Source: the human T2T-CHM13v2.0 reference genome, Homo sapiens. Taken from it: DNA of 64,000 nt. The stretch lies in NCBI RefSeq assembly GCF_009914755.1, contig NC_060936.1, one strand, 5' to 3'. The notes under the pieces are model-generated. The model was not told the DNA's origin. It did no database searches and worked only from the letters and a program-made list of their open reading frames with translations. Below, in pieces: positions 17,837 through 34,864 of this stretch. The position numbers and the translations under genes were made by a program. Position 1 is the first letter of the stretch. Every line of letters begins with the position of its first letter.

Positions 17837-18473
17837 TTAAAGGCTTTTGACAACCCAGGGACTTGTGACCTTAAAGACAATGATATGAGTCTACTGGCCA
17901 CGACAGTATGTTTTAGAGACTGCTGTGTCATCGTAAGGGGAAAACAAAGAAGATGCCAAATTCAAGAAATGAGTGTATGCCTTGTGTTGTTGAAAAAAGA
18001 GACAGCTGAGTCCCCACCCAATTTAAAGTAAAGGGCGTCCAGGGGTGCTTTCCAGGGGTTCTGTGGCAGGGACTGGGGCGGGGAGCACTGGGAAGTGAAA
18101 TTACGATCAAGGTTGCCATGCCATAGAATTCAAGTAAGGTTTAAATCATGAGACCCGGGCACAGTCTTCTGGTGCCTCAGCCTGTTTCCAGCAATTTCTA
18201 GAGGTTCAGTGAAATTGTCAAAATCATGTGAATTATAATTTGTGTTGATGAAAAAGCCCCCAGCCATTTAGGGGATGAGAGAGCTGGTGGAAAGGACACA
18301 AAAACTGAGCGCCAGACCTCCACCTAGCTCCAGGGGCGATCCCATTCTTCTCCCCACTTTCCTAAATGAGCAGCGTTCAAACACTTTTGTAGAAGAAACC
18401 CTTGCCCTAAATCTGATGCTAAACCCCAGTAGGTAAAAAACAAACAAGACAGATACTTCTGGTAGAAATGTCA

Positions 18474-18758
<285 letters not shown>

Positions 18759-19103
18759 TCAAAAAAAAAAAAGCAACTTCCCAGAGGTAGGAGCCATCAT
18801 TACACTAGGGGGTGCCCCAAACAGAAGCCGGCCCCCAAAGCAGGCATTTCCTCCCACACTGGACAGGGCCTCAGGGTTCCCCTGGAGAATTAGTTAAAAG
18901 GCAAACTGCTGCATCCTAACTCCTGAGTTTCAGATCCAGCAGGTCTGGGGTGGTCTGGGAATTTGCATTTTGAACACGTTCCCAGATGGTGCTGATGCTG
19001 CTGTTTTGGGGACCCTGCCGTGGGAAAGCCAGACATTCCTGCCCAGTGGGACCTAGAAGAGAGGGCTCTTCCTGCCCCTCACCCAGGGATGGAGCCAGCT
19101 TAC

Positions 19104-19222
19104 TCATCGGTGTCTTTTTTGCTCTCTTCAATGAAGGCAATGGACTCAGATCTAAGGCGGTTGGTCACTTCGTACGTTCGCAGGGTGACTCCAAAAATAT
19201 CCTCATGGTATCGGTTGTCATC
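19104..19222 (-). CDS. NOS1: NOS1 exon 28 (119 nt): [40 protein letters not shown]; FAD-shielding Phe, C-terminal tail and Akt site Ser1417
   Basis: Manual translation; RYHEDIFG and RLRSES motifs; ctag| acceptor and |gtaag donor. Confidence 0.98.
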
Positions 19223-19986
19223 CTAGAAGACAGAAACAGCCAGAAAACAGCTCTCAAATGCCAGATAAAGGCTTGGAGCAGGGGCAGACTTGCCTGACAC
19301 CTGGAATGGAATATCCCTAAGGAAGATGGTTCCCAAAGAGATGAGGCTGAAGCCAGTGTCCCCGAGGTACCTTTGATCTCGAAGACTCTGCTCAGCAAAA
19401 CTGTTCTCTGGGACGTGGGGCAACTGTTCTCTGGGACATAGCCCAGTTGGCAAAGAACATTTAGGTTGCCATCTGGAAACACCGCTGCTGCTTGGTGGAT
19501 TCTCAGGTGAAAAGGAGCGATGAGGTCAAATGGAAACCTCACCATTCCCTCTTTCCTCCCTCCAACGTGCTCTTGCAAGTTCAGGTCTGGGCAAAACTGG
19601 GTTTAGTGTGAAATAGCCCATGAGACCAGAAGAAAGGGGAGGAAGGAACAAGTGGCCGCATAGCACTCAGGGAACTCCCCACAGCTACCCACAGTGGAGA
19701 CTCCGTGGGCATGCGTGAGTTTTTCTGAAGATGAGCATCTTTGCTCAACATTGCCCAGAAAGAAGCAAGCAAAGAGAAGAACCTCCCCCGGAGTCTCAAG
19801 AAACAGCCCAAACGACGACTGACTTGTGACATCTGAGAATTTACCAAGCTATGGGAGCTCCTGTGGCGGGCAGTCAATATTCTCAAAGGGCAAGAGGATC
19901 AAACAAAGAGAAAATGCATCTCAATGCTGAAGAAGGGCAGTGGTTGGGAGTGTGCGTCTGGCAAGGCAGGCATAATCGTGCACTAG

Positions 19987-20160
<174 letters not shown>

Positions 20161-20383
20161 TGAGCAGCTGGGACTACAGGCATGCGCCACTACGCCCAGC
20201 TAATTTTTGTATTTTTAGTAGAGACGGGGTTTCACCATGTTGGTTGGCCAGGATGGTCTCGATCTCTTGACCTCGTGATACACCTGCCTTGGCCTCCCAA
20301 AATGTTGAGATTACAGGCGTGAGCCACTGCACCCAGCCATTTTTTGTTTTGTTTTGTTTTGTTTTTTTTGTTTTTGTTTTTGA

Positions 20384-20668
<285 letters not shown>

Positions 20669-21132
20669 TGAGTTTTAAACTCTCTTCTGCAAAATCCTGG
20701 GGAATCTTTAAAAGTGTGTCTAGAGGGTCACACTAAAGAGACTGAGTATATAGAGGGCTCCACAGTTCTCCTCGGATCTCTTTGTGCAGTGCCCAACCTG
20801 CACAACTACATGGGGCAGTGCTGCAGCTTCTGGGGCAGGAGAAGTTAGGTTAGAATGGTTTCTGTCTAGCTACCAGAGGTCCACTCACTCGTTATTTTCA
20901 CACACAGCCTCCAGTCATATTTGCTACACCTGCCTGCATGCCCAGCCATCCTTCTACTTTCTCTGTCATTGTTTGGGACCATCTATATCCTCTACCCTCA
21001 GTGGTAAGTGCAACGAATGGGAGCAGGGATATCATCGTGGCTCCCCTAATCATCAAGACAGGTTGGATGAAAAAGGGGGGATAGGAGAGTGGATGTAGGA
21101 AAAGGGACCTGGGAAGTCAGCCTGTCACTCAC

Positions 21133-21327
21133 CCTCATCCGGCTGATGAATACGCCGGCGTCCTCTGCCGAGAGCTTCCCCTGCTGGGTCATGATGCGCT
21201 GGATGGCTTTGAGGACATCAGCAGCCATGGTGACGTCCCCACAGACGTATATGTGGCCCCCTTGCTCCTTCAGGGCTCGGTACACAGACTCCGCCAGCTG
21301 CTCCTGCAGGATGTCCTGCACGTACTT
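21133..21327 (-). CDS. NOS1: NOS1 exon 27 (195 nt): KYVQDILQEQLAESVY...HIYVCGDVTMA...SRMR
   Basis: KYVQD and YVCGD NADPH-adenine motifs; GT-AG ends. Confidence 0.98.
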
Positions 21328-22181
21328 CTGCAAGGAGCAGAGAGCAGTGAGAAGGGGCTGGGCTGTGCAACGTGCCTGCCATAGCCCATGTCTGCCCAGG
21401 AAGCAGAGCCTGACTCAGGGGCTTGTGGGCAGGTAGGATCTTTTGTGAGCTGATCCCAGGGAACAAGAGTGAGGGACTGGGAAGAGTGAGATAGAGAAGG
21501 CGGGAAAGTCAATTGGAGGGTGCGGGAATGCACTGCTACCCTCTTTGGATAACTGGAGCTCAGCTCTGCTAAGGACCCTCCAGGGAGCTGGATAGACTGT
21601 TTCCCAGAATCATCCCCTGGAGAGGGGAAAGACGGGGAGCATTCACTACCCACTTCTCTCTCCTGGTGGCCAATGGTCACCGGGTGTTAACACCTGCACA
21701 TTTCCAGGTGTGCAGCTGGTTATTGCAGGCACCCTATGTTACAGTGCCAGGGAAGCCCTGGGCCGATAGCAAGAGATGGGGGTGAGGTGAGGGGCTGCCA
21801 GCTTCCACCTCTGCAAAGCCGGCTGCTGTAGCGATAGCAGAAGGAAAAGGTGGGCTAAGGAGGTGTGAGGTGGGCACAAGGCGTGTCCAGTACAGCTCCA
21901 GGGAGCTCATTTGTTCAGGATGTCTTTAACTTGTCCAGGAAACTCCCACTCTGAAGCTGATATTTAGCTGGAACATGCTGGTATGGCTGTAGCGACTCTT
22001 AAGACTGAGATACTCCCACCCTAGTAGTCAGACACTGCCCGGACTCTCTGAGTGCCCCCCCAACCTGCCACGATGTCCTGACTCCTTCCCTGGGACCCCC
22101 AGACCTCCCCAAGATCCCATGGAGCTTTAGTTCTGTGGCCCGTGTCCATTCTGACTAGTATTGCCTCTTATGGGCTGTTAA

Positions 22182-22340
<159 letters not shown>

Positions 22341-23302
22341 TAGCTGGGACTACAGGCATGCATCACCACACCTGGCTTTTTTTTTTAGTAGAGATGGGGT
22401 TTTACCATGTTGGTCAGGCTGGTCTCAAACTCCTGGCCTCAAGTGATCCACCCACCTCGGCCTCCCAAAGTGCTGGGACTACAAGAATGTGCCACCGCGC
22501 CCAGCTAATTTTTATATTTTTATTAGAGATGGGCTTTCACCATGTTGGCCAGGTTGGTCTCGAACTCCTGACCTCAAATGATCTGCCCACCTTGGCCTCC
22601 CAAAGTGCTGGGATTACAGGTGTGAACCACCACACCCGGCCTAAATTTGTTTTTTTTAATTTCTGTTTTTAAATATTTTTAATTTTTATTTCTAATTATT
22701 TATTGTTTAGAGACAGAGTCTTGGTCTGTTGCCCAGGGTGGAGTGCAGTGGCATGATCACAGCTCACTGAAGCCTTGACCTCCCAGGCTACCCTCCCACC
22801 TCAAGCTGCCCTCCTGCCTCAGCCTCCCAAGGAGCTGGGACCACAGTCATACGCCACCACGCCCAGCTAACTTAAATTTTTTTTTTTTTTTTTTTTTTGT
22901 AAGGACAGGGTCTCAGTATGTTGCCCAGGCTGGTCTTGAACTTCCAGACTCAAGTGATCCTCCCACCTCAGCCTCCCAAAGTGCTGGGATTACAGGCGTG
23001 AGTCACGGTGCCTGGCCCCACATTTTTCATTATGGTAAAAACGTCATGTAACATTTACCGTCGTAACCACTTTAAAGTGTATGACTCAGTGGCATTAAGT
23101 ACCCTTCTCAGTGTTACGGGATCATCACTATCTGGTTCCAGAACTTTTTTCTTTACGTCAGATGGAAACCCCATGCCCATTTGCAGTTACTCCCCATTCT
23201 CCCCTCCCTCAGCCCCTGGCAACCACTAATCTACTCTGTCTCTATGGATTTGCCTATTCTGGATATTACATATAAGTTGAATCTTATAATATAGGCTGTT
23301 AA

Positions 23303-23548
<246 letters not shown>

Positions 23549-23772
23549 TGATCCACCTGCCTTGGCCTCCCAAAGTGTTGGGATTACAGGCGCTCGGCCT
23601 GTTAAATATTTTACATAGATATTTTCCCTACCCATGCTTTCTGAAGTACAGAGCAACTTCATAGAGGGAAAATCAGGAAGCTTAAGAGTGAGGGTGAGGG
23701 GTTTCTGAGAGTAGGATGTCCAAGTGTGCATGTGTGTTGGGCTGGGCTAGGGGGTGGGCTGCTGGGGGTTAC

Positions 23773-23921
23773 CTTTGGTTTGTCTGGCTCCCGGGAGTAA
23801 GCCGTGTACAGCTCTCTGAAGACCCCCTTGTTCTTGGCCTGCAGGGTCTCTTCCCTGTAGATATGATCTATCTTGGATTGCCGGCACCCGAAGACCAGGA
23901 CCATGGGGCAGGGGTTCATTC
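23773..23921 (-). CDS. NOS1: NOS1 exon 26 (149 nt): GMNPCPMVLVFGCRQSKIDHIYREE...AYSREPDKPK
   Basis: LVFGCR and AYSRE motifs; GT-AG ends. Confidence 0.98.
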
Positions 23922-24290
23922 CTGGGGACCAGGAAGACCTTATGTCACCGATGGCTCTCTGCCTGATGTGCAGGGTGGCTGAGGTGCCAGGGATGGGGTA
24001 CTGAGACCTTAGCGTGTGCCATGCGGATAGAGGCTCACAAACACTAGGACAGGCAGATGTATGCGTGCACACACATGTACACAGGTGCTCACATGCACGC
24101 ACATGCACACACATACACACACATACATATGCACGCACTGAGGAAGGAGGTGAAGTGTGTTCAGATTTTAGTGGATCTCCCTCCCAGGTCTCAATCCTTC
24201 CTTCTGCTCCTTGACTACTTAGGAGCCCCCACCTGATGCCCAGACTCTGGGCCTAAGACCCAAGCCTCTGGAGCTAGACGGCCTGGTTGA

Positions 24291-24554
<264 letters not shown>

Positions 24555-24587
24555 TGATCTGCCCGCCTTGGCCTCCCAAAGTGTTAG

Positions 24588-25186
<599 letters not shown>

Positions 25187-25311
25187 TGATTGATTTGTTT
25201 TTATAATCATCCCTCAAATCAATGGAAAGGTTTTCATTTCTATTTTAGTTGCTTTTCTGTCTTGTTCACTGCTATGCCCCAACGCCTCCAATAGTGTTTG
25301 GCACTCATTAG

Positions 25312-25548
<237 letters not shown>

Positions 25549-26073
25549 TAGCCAGGATGGTCTCGATCTCCTGACCTCGTGATCCGCTGGCCTGGGTCTC
25601 CCAAAGTGCTGGGATTACAGGCGTGAGCCACCGCGCCCGGCCAATAAATCCTTGTTTAACGCATGCCACAATTTGGGTTTCTTTCTCTCTCTCTCCTCCC
25701 AAAGCTGATCTGCTGTGTCTTTCACATAGCACTTGCTCTTGAATAACAGTCTTTGCAATAATTACATAAGCATAGCCATTTGATAAGGACTAATGCCTAT
25801 CTTTTCCAGGCTACTGGATTTTTTTTGAAGAGATCACATCTTAACAGTCAAAGAAATGTCCTCTGGGCCTGGAATTTCAGGCCCCTGGGACAGGCTGTTT
25901 GGATTACACCATGAACTTCACCTGTAGGTCAGGCTGGTGCTACACGCCCCAGCTTTTCTGAGGCGGTGATGCCGTGGAGAGACACCTTCACTGTTCTCTA
26001 GGGCTGCTGAGACACAGCTGGACCTCCCCAGGTCCGGGGGTGGGAACCAAGTGGCCACTGGACTGTAACCCAC

Positions 26074-26195
26074 CTTTGTGTTGGATATCAAATTGCCGCT
26101 GTTGCCAGAAGCTTCGGAAAGGGGCAATGCCGGTGCCTGGTCCAACGAGGATGCAGGGGACTTGGGGGTTCCGGGGCAGGTGGAAGCTGGGTGCT
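26074..26195 (-). CDS. NOS1: NOS1 exon 25 (122 nt): [40 protein letters not shown]
   Basis: NADPH-binding [12 protein letters not shown] motif; GT-AG ends. Confidence 0.98.
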
Positions 26196-26449
26196 CTGGG
26201 CAAGGAAGAGGGGGTCAGAAGTCTTGCAGAGCTCAAATCCAATCAAGAACAATTGAATCTTAGGTAGACCAGGTGGCCATCTTCGGTAGACATACAATGA
26301 GACTTAAGGCTCTTCAGCCGGGGCCAGGTGCCCCTTTCCAGGGTGGGAGTCTCATCGATTAGGGGAATTCCAAAAATGGGGGGTCCTCAAGTTCTGGCTA
26401 TTTCTCCATTCCCCAATTCTTCTCACTGCTGAGCTCAGCAAATTCAACC

Positions 26450-26680
26450 CAGGGTATCTCTACGCTGGCACCCTGGTCACTTGGGGTGAACACTCCTTTG
26501 TCGTGGCACTGTCCTATGCATGGTAGGGTATTGAGCAACATCCCCGGCTTCCACCCACTAGATGCCAGGAGTACATGTGAGTTGTGACAACTCATAATGT
26601 CTCCAGACATTGTCAAATGTCCCTGGGTGGCAGGGGTGGGGTGGGGTGCTGCAAAAATCACCCTGGTTTGAGAGCCACCA
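26450..26680 (-). mobile_element. MER20 (hAT DNA transposon)
   Basis: aatgtctccagacattgtcaaatgtccctgg...gtttgagagccac. Confidence 0.75.
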
Positions 26681-27740
26681 TTTTTTTTTCTTTCTTTTTT
26701 TTTGAGACGAAGTCTCACTCTGTCACCCAGGCTGGAGTGCAGTAGTGTGATCTTGGCTCACTGCACTCCACTTCCCAGGTTCAAGCAATTCTCCTGTCTC
26801 GGCCTCCCAAGTAGCTGGGATTACAGGCACCCGCCACCACCCTCGGCTACTTTTTTTTTGTATTTTAGTAGAGATGGGGTTTCGCCATGTTGGCCAGGCT
26901 GGTCTCGAACTCCTGACCTCAAGTGATCTGCCTTCCTTGGCCTCCAAAAGTGTTGGGATTACAGGCGTGAGCCACTGCGCCCAGCCCAGAGCCACTGGTT
27001 TAACCAACCGTGAAATCTTTAAATCAAGGAGTCACAGACTTCAGTGTGTAAAAGAATCACCTGGGGATGTTCAAGGTGCAGATTCCTGGGCCATACAGTA
27101 CATCTGGGCTCAGGACTCTATGTTTGAAACACCCCAGAGGACTCTGATGCCAATGAGATTTGGATCATTATCAATGGCATGTGGATCATATCGTGAACAT
27201 TCTAACCTCAATGGTTGAGAAAAATGATTGGCCAAAGTCACTGTTCAGGTAGAGAAGTTATTGATCGACAAAACAGGTTAACTATAACTGGTCTAAGATC
27301 AGCTATAGCCTTTACAGCTGAATTTGGGAGGAAAAGCTCCAATGAATGGGGGTGATTGGATTTTTTCCATCTCTAGGAAACTGGGACTGATTGGGAGCGA
27401 GCAGTAGAATTTGGCTAGAATTTCCACTAGCCCATACGGTCCATGAAGGTGGAGACTGTATTTGCATGGTTTTCCCCGATAGCTCCAGCACCTAGCCCAG
27501 TACACGCCCAAATGAAATGTGTGTTGCATTGACTTGACATTGACCAGAGGACTTGCCTAGCTTGCTGTGCTGCTCTGATCTTGTTTCCTTAACAACTAAG
27601 AGAGACGCAGGACATTGGTCTCCATCGTGTGTCACCCAGCCATCTCTCTAGAACCCTTCAGACTGGTCCACCTACCCCAACTTGTGACGTCAATATGCAG
27701 ATTTGAGATGATTGCTCATTTTTCTCCACTTATTACTCAC

Positions 27741-27828
27741 CCTCTCACGAAACAGGGGACCAGTTCGTCAGCCTGTATCCGGTTGAGCCAGGAGGAGCAT
27801 ACGCCGTGGTGAATTGGTCCTTCTCCAT
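27741..27828 (-). CDS. NOS1: NOS1 exon 24 (88 nt): DGEGPIHHGVCSSWLNRIQADELVPCFVRG
   Basis: GVCS motif; ctag| acceptor and |gtgagt donor. Confidence 0.97.
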
Positions 27829-28488
27829 CTAGTAGAATAACCAAGGCAGTCAGGGCCACCCACTGCTCCCGAGCACGGCCTCCCCTCCTCCCTCCAGTGC
27901 AAAATACCCACAGGCCCAGTGCCAAGTTTATCCTTTGGAATTCCTCCCCAGGATCCCTTCCTCTGAAGGGCAAGAGGAAATGGTATAGCTGGGGTGACTT
28001 CGTGCCTGTGCAACCACCCAGGGTTCTATTGGGTAGGGGTGGGTCGGATTCGAATCCTTCCCTATTGAAGGGTGCTTCTGGTGGCTTGCTGGGCTCCTGG
28101 GACGGGCACTGTGCATTTTAATTGCTTTATCTAGGAGGAAAAATACAGGGCAGAGCTTGGGTTATCTGACTTACAACCAGCTGGGCATGATACAGCAGAG
28201 CGCTCTCCCAGGGAGTGAGTAGTGGTGGCTTGTTCTAGTTGCTGCTTTGGGGATATTAGGGGGCGCCACTGTAAATACACATCTTGCCTCTTTCCTAATT
28301 CTGCTCAGGCTTGGCTCTGCACCAGGGGACAGTTCACCTGCTGCTTCTTCCCCCAGCTTTCTGGTCTTGGGGATGAGTTTCTTCCCAGGGATTTGGGATT
28401 TAGCCTGCAGACGGTGGTTTAGGGAACCCTCCAGAGGCCCCTTGGGGGAAAATGCAGCTGAGGAGGCTCTCCCAGTGCCTCCGCCCAC

Positions 28489-28699
28489 CTCGAGTGCGGT
28501 AGGAAACGATGGCCACAGTGAGGTGCACTTCATCAGGGTACATGTCTGGGGAGGAGCTGATGGAATAGTAGCGGGGCTGCAGCAGGGACAGCTGGGTCAG
28601 GAGCAGGGTGGCCGGCATCTGGATAGATGGGAACTCCTCCAGCACCTCCACGATGGTGGGGTTCTTGCCCCATTTCCATTCCTCGTACTCCTGCAAACC
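28489..28699 (-). CDS. NOS1: NOS1 exon 23 (211 nt): GLQEYEEWKWGKNP...LQPRYYSISSSP...YRTR
   Basis: FAD-binding RYYSISS motif; GT-AG ends. Confidence 0.98.
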
Positions 28700-28920
28700 C
28701 TGTGCCAAGGAGATGGACAGAGACAAGCTTGAACCCAGCTGCCACATACTTCCCATGAGGACCTGAGGGGGTCCAGGAAGAAGGCAAAATAAAAGTAACA
28801 GTTGGCAGGTGCAGTGGCTCATGCTTGTAATTGCAGTGCTTTGGGGGGCCGGGGAGAGAGGATCACTTGAGGCTAGGAGTTCAAGGCCAGCCTGGGAAAC
28901 ATAGTAAGACCCTGTCTCTA

Positions 28921-29241
<321 letters not shown>

Positions 29242-30149
29242 CTAAGTTTTGATTCTCATGAGGACCTTATGAAATAGGTATTACTGTTTCCCCATTTTAT
29301 AGATGAGGAAACTGAGGGTTATAGAGGTCCCATGGCTACTAGGTGGTGATGCTGGGTGAAACTGATCCTTGCTCTAGACAGTGTGTCCTCAGAATCTGTG
29401 TTCCTAGTCACTACACACTCCTGAAGTCAAGAGAGACGCACTATGGAAGGGAGTCATGACTCATGCAGGGAGTGGCAGGCATTCAGTGGAGACCTGTGAT
29501 TTGTTGGTTGCAGAGTCTGGAGATGCATCTTTGGAGAGCTTGGGTCATGTTCATGATGGTGAGTGACAGCCCCAGAAAAATCAGGTTGGGGTGTGTGGAG
29601 GACCATGTTTGGGGACGTGTTGACAGCAAAGCCCAGCTGTAACCAGGCAACAGAGGAACTCTCTGGAGCTCTGGAGTTATTTTTCCTTAATCTCAGAAGA
29701 CGCCCTAGGCAGTCTCTGATTGCTGGAACAGAAGGCTCAGTTTCTGAGACCAGGGTGCGAGTGCACTGTGTAACAAAGATTTTCACCATGTTCCTAAAGA
29801 CTGTCCTGGCCTTATTTATTTATCTATTTTTAAACTTTTTTAAATTTATTTTTTTTGAGATGGAGTCTCACTCTGCTGCCCAGGCTGGAGTGCAACGGCA
29901 CGATCTTGGCTCACTGTAAGCTCCGCCTCCCGGGGTTCACGCCATTCTCCTGCCTCAGCCTCCCGAGTAGCTGGGACTACCGGTGCCCGCCACCACGCCC
30001 AGCTAATTGTTTGTATTTTTAGTAGAGACAGGGTTTCACCGTGTTAGCCAGGATGGTCTCAATCTCCTGACTTCGTGATCCACCCACCTCGGCCTCCCAA
30101 AGTGCTGGGATTATAGGCATGAGCCACTGCGACCGGCCTGTTCTGGCCC

Positions 30150-30883
<734 letters not shown>

Positions 30884-31849
30884 TGATCCGCCTGCCTTGG
30901 CCTCCCAAAGTGCTGGGATCACAGGCGTGAGCCACTGTGCCCGGCCTATTTATTTATAGAGATGGGGTCTTGCTTTATTTATTTATTTACTTATAGAGAT
31001 GGGGTCTTGCTCTTTCATCCAGGCTGGAGTACAGTTGCAAGATCGTGATTCACCACAGCCTCGAACTCCTGGGCTCAAGTGATCCTCCCACCTTAGCCTC
31101 CTGAGGAGCTGGGTCTACAGGCATGTGCCATGACGCCCAGCTAATTTAATTTTTTTGTAGAGATGGGGTCTATGTTGCCCGGGTTGGTTCCAAACTCCTG
31201 GCCTCAAGCAATCTTCCCAACTCTGCCTCCCAGAGTGCTGGGATTACAGGCATGAGCCACTGTGCCCAAATTCTGCTTTAAATAAGATAAAAACAGTGCA
31301 ATCTAATAAGGTACCAACAGTACAATCTATGATCCTTCTTCCTATTAGCCACCCTCCCCCATTAATTAAAAGTTTTAAATCAAAATTATACTTGCAGATA
31401 GTCTAAAAAGTTAAATAACTTTGTAAAGCTTATGATTAAAAATAATGGTCTCCTGTTCTACCTCTGCCATCTGCTTCCAAGTCCTTGGAGGTAACTACTT
31501 ACAGCCCTTTAAGTGTTCCTTCTGCTATTTATTTTCATATTTCTAAATACTATGCACTCGCTAATTAGCCTCTTCCTTGCTGCCCACCATTCAATCCCCT
31601 CTCCTGGACGGCAGAAGAAAGCTAAGCCATCCTGTGCTGGGGGCTTGCTCACTGGGAAGGAGCCCCCATTGGGAGCAGCATGGGTGGTTCTCCTGGGTAG
31701 AATTTTTATTGAGCAAGGCTTTGCAGTGGGCTGGGGCAGGTGATCCCAGGGTTTCTAAGCAAGGTGGTAGAGGCTACATTTGGTTCATTTTACAATCAGA
31801 GACCTCTGATCTCTAATAGTCCCCCCTGCAGCTCCTCTGCATTGGCAAA

Positions 31850-32660
31850 AGCTCATCATTTGCAGCCACATGGATGGAACTGGAGGACATCATGTTAAGT
31901 GAAGGAAGCCAGGCACAGTAAGACAAATTTTGCACGTTCTCATTCATTTGTGGGAGCTAAAAACTAGAAGCAAATAAAGTCATGAAGATGGAGAGTAGAA
32001 GGAGGGCTACAAGATGCAGGGAAGGGTAGTGGGGAGGAGTGGGGGAAAGTGGAGATGGTTCATGGGTACAAAAATACAGTCACATAGAATGAATAAGATC
32101 TAGGCCGGGTGCAGTGGCTCATGCCTGTAATCCCAGCACTTTTGGGAGGCCGAGGTGGGTGGATCACCTGAGATCGGGGTTTGATGGTGAAACTCCATCT
32201 CTACTAAAGAAAAAAACTACAAAAATTAGCTGGCCATGGTGGAAGGCACCTGTAATTCCAGCTGCTCGGGAGGCTGAGGCACGAGAATCCTTTGAGCCCG
32301 GGGAAATGGAGGTTGCAGTGAACCGAGATTGCGCCACGGCACTCCAGCCTGGGCTAGAGAGTGAGACTCTGTCTCAGAGAAAAAAAAAAAGAATAAGATC
32401 TAGTATTTCCTAGATCTAGACAAGGTGACTATAGTCAACAACAATTTATTGTATATTTAAAAATAACTAAAAGAGTGGAATTGGAATGTTCCCAACACAA
32501 AGAAATGATGAATGCTTGAGGGGATGAATACCCCATTTGCCCTGATGTGATTATTACACATTGTATGCCTGTATCAAAACATCACATGTACCCCATAATA
32601 TATATACCTACCAACCAAGTACCCATAAAAATAAAAATTAAAAAAACAAAAAACAAGAAA
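31850..32660 (+). mobile_element. L1MA-type 3' fragment interrupted by an Alu (32103-32392, TSD-like agaat...aagatctag)
   Basis: catggatggaactggaggacatcatgttaagtgaa...gtatcaaaacatcacatgtacccc. Confidence 0.8.
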
Positions 32661-33019
32661 AAACCTTATCTTTAAACCAAGGCATGGTGAGATCCTGTTT
32701 CTTTTTCTCCTAAGCATGGGCTAAGATGGCACTAATGGAAGCTCAAGGTTCCAGAAGAAGACAGAAAGAGTTAGAATAGCAATTTCTGTTGTAGCCAGGG
32801 AACTGTTGATTCAAGGGAGTCACTCTTGCTCTGCCAGGCCTTAGAACTGGTGGAAGACCAGCCACGTTGGACCAGCCAATATGGCAATCTACAGCAAATA
32901 ATGGCCCCCTTGGCTCAAGACTTCCATCTGCTGGAAGCCTGGTAATAACAGTTTTCAACTCTTTAATGACGAGGAGGTGAAATGCGCCCCCTAGGGTTGT
33001 GCGAAGCCTGGGGACCCAC

Positions 33020-33189
33020 CTTGCTGAGGACCAGCAGACGCTGCTTCTCCTTCTCGCTGGTAGCTAGGGAGGCAAACTGCTGCAGCTGCAGAGGCGTTGG
33101 TGGCGTGGTGATGTCCAGGTAGTACTTGAAGGCCTGGAAGATGGTGCAGGGCGGGAGGCGGAGCTCGTCTGTCCAGTTACTGATGACAC
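33020..33189 (-). CDS. NOS1: NOS1 exon 22 (170 nt): VISNWTDELRLPPCTIFQAFKYYLDITTPPTP...LLVLSK
   Basis: Contained in ORF 32963..33241; GT-AG ends. Confidence 0.98.
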
Positions 33190-34162
33190 CTGTGGAGGTA
33201 CAAGGCAGGTGACAGGTGGGTGTGGGAGGGCTTGAGTCCAAGTCGGGGGTTCAGGTCTGCTCCTGGAGCAGAGGATGGGGCCAGGAGAGGAGGGTGGCTC
33301 CAGAGCCAAGCAACCTTCTAGCTCTCCACCTTCCATGCCCAGAATCCAGGGGATTTCATGTGTGCAAGAAGCAAATCCCAAATTAGGCAAATGAATCCAA
33401 AAATTAAGAAAAATACATGAAGAGAGGAGAAAAATACTAAAATAGCATGACAGTCCACTGGCATTCTATACAATGAGCCCCCAGCTGTGCGTGACAGAGA
33501 TAAGCCTATTTCGGCCCCATGTGTCTTTGCATGGTATCAGCCTCTCACCCCCTGAATGGGATGTTAGTGTTGTCATTATAAACACTAACACATTCTATAT
33601 GCCGAGTACTATTATTAGTATTTTATATTAGCTCATTTAATCATCACAACAATCCAAGACAGTGTTATTCTTCTCCCTGCTGAGAAAAATAGAAGCATGG
33701 AGAGGTTAAGAAATTTGCCCGAGATCACACAGCTCATAAGCGTGAAGTCAGGCAGTGTGGCTTCAGACGTTGTTCTAACTACTATATTGTACCCCCTCTA
33801 TACACTCTTCATCCAATACGTCCCTAAATATAAGCCTCTTCTCCATCAGGGGTTCAATCCCAAATAAAAAGCTCTATTTCAACACAGAGGAAGTACTGTC
33901 TGGGTTGGATTTATTTTTATTTTTATTTTATTTATTTATTTTTTTGAGACAGGGTCTCACTCTGTTGCCCAGGCGAGTGCAGTGGTGCGATCACAACTCA
34001 CTGTAGCCTTGAACTCCCGGGCTCAAGTAATCCTCCCACCTCATGCTCCTGAGTAGCTGGGACTACAGACGTGTGCCATCATGCCTCACTACTTTTTTTT
34101 TTTTTTTTTTTTTTGAGATGGAGTTTCGCTTTTGCTGCCCAGGCTGGAGTGCAATGGTGTGA

Positions 34163-34285
<123 letters not shown>

Positions 34286-34566
34286 TAGTAGAGATGGCAT
34301 TTCACCATGTTGGCCAGGCTGCTCTCAAACTCCTGACCTCAGGTGATCCACCTGCCTCAGCCTCCCAAAGTGCTGGGATTACAGGAGTGAGCAACCATGC
34401 CCGGCCTGATGCCTGGCTAATTTTTGTATTTTTTTTGTAGAGATGCAGTTTTGCCATGTTGCCCAGGCTGGTCTCGAACTCCTGGGCTCAAGTAATCTGC
34501 CCGCTTCAGCCTCCCAAAGTATTGGGATTACAGGCGTCAGCCACCTCACTCAGTCAGGATTTATTA

Positions 34567-34716
<150 letters not shown>

Positions 34717-34759
34717 TTAGCTGGGTGTGGTGGCACGCGCCTGTAATCCCAGCTACTCA

Positions 34760-34864
<105 letters not shown>

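Noticed and set aside
24061-24137. UGCAUG motifs upstream of exon 26
   Set aside because: They lie in a degenerate (CA/TG) repeat beside a constitutive, frame-shifting exon; likely chance
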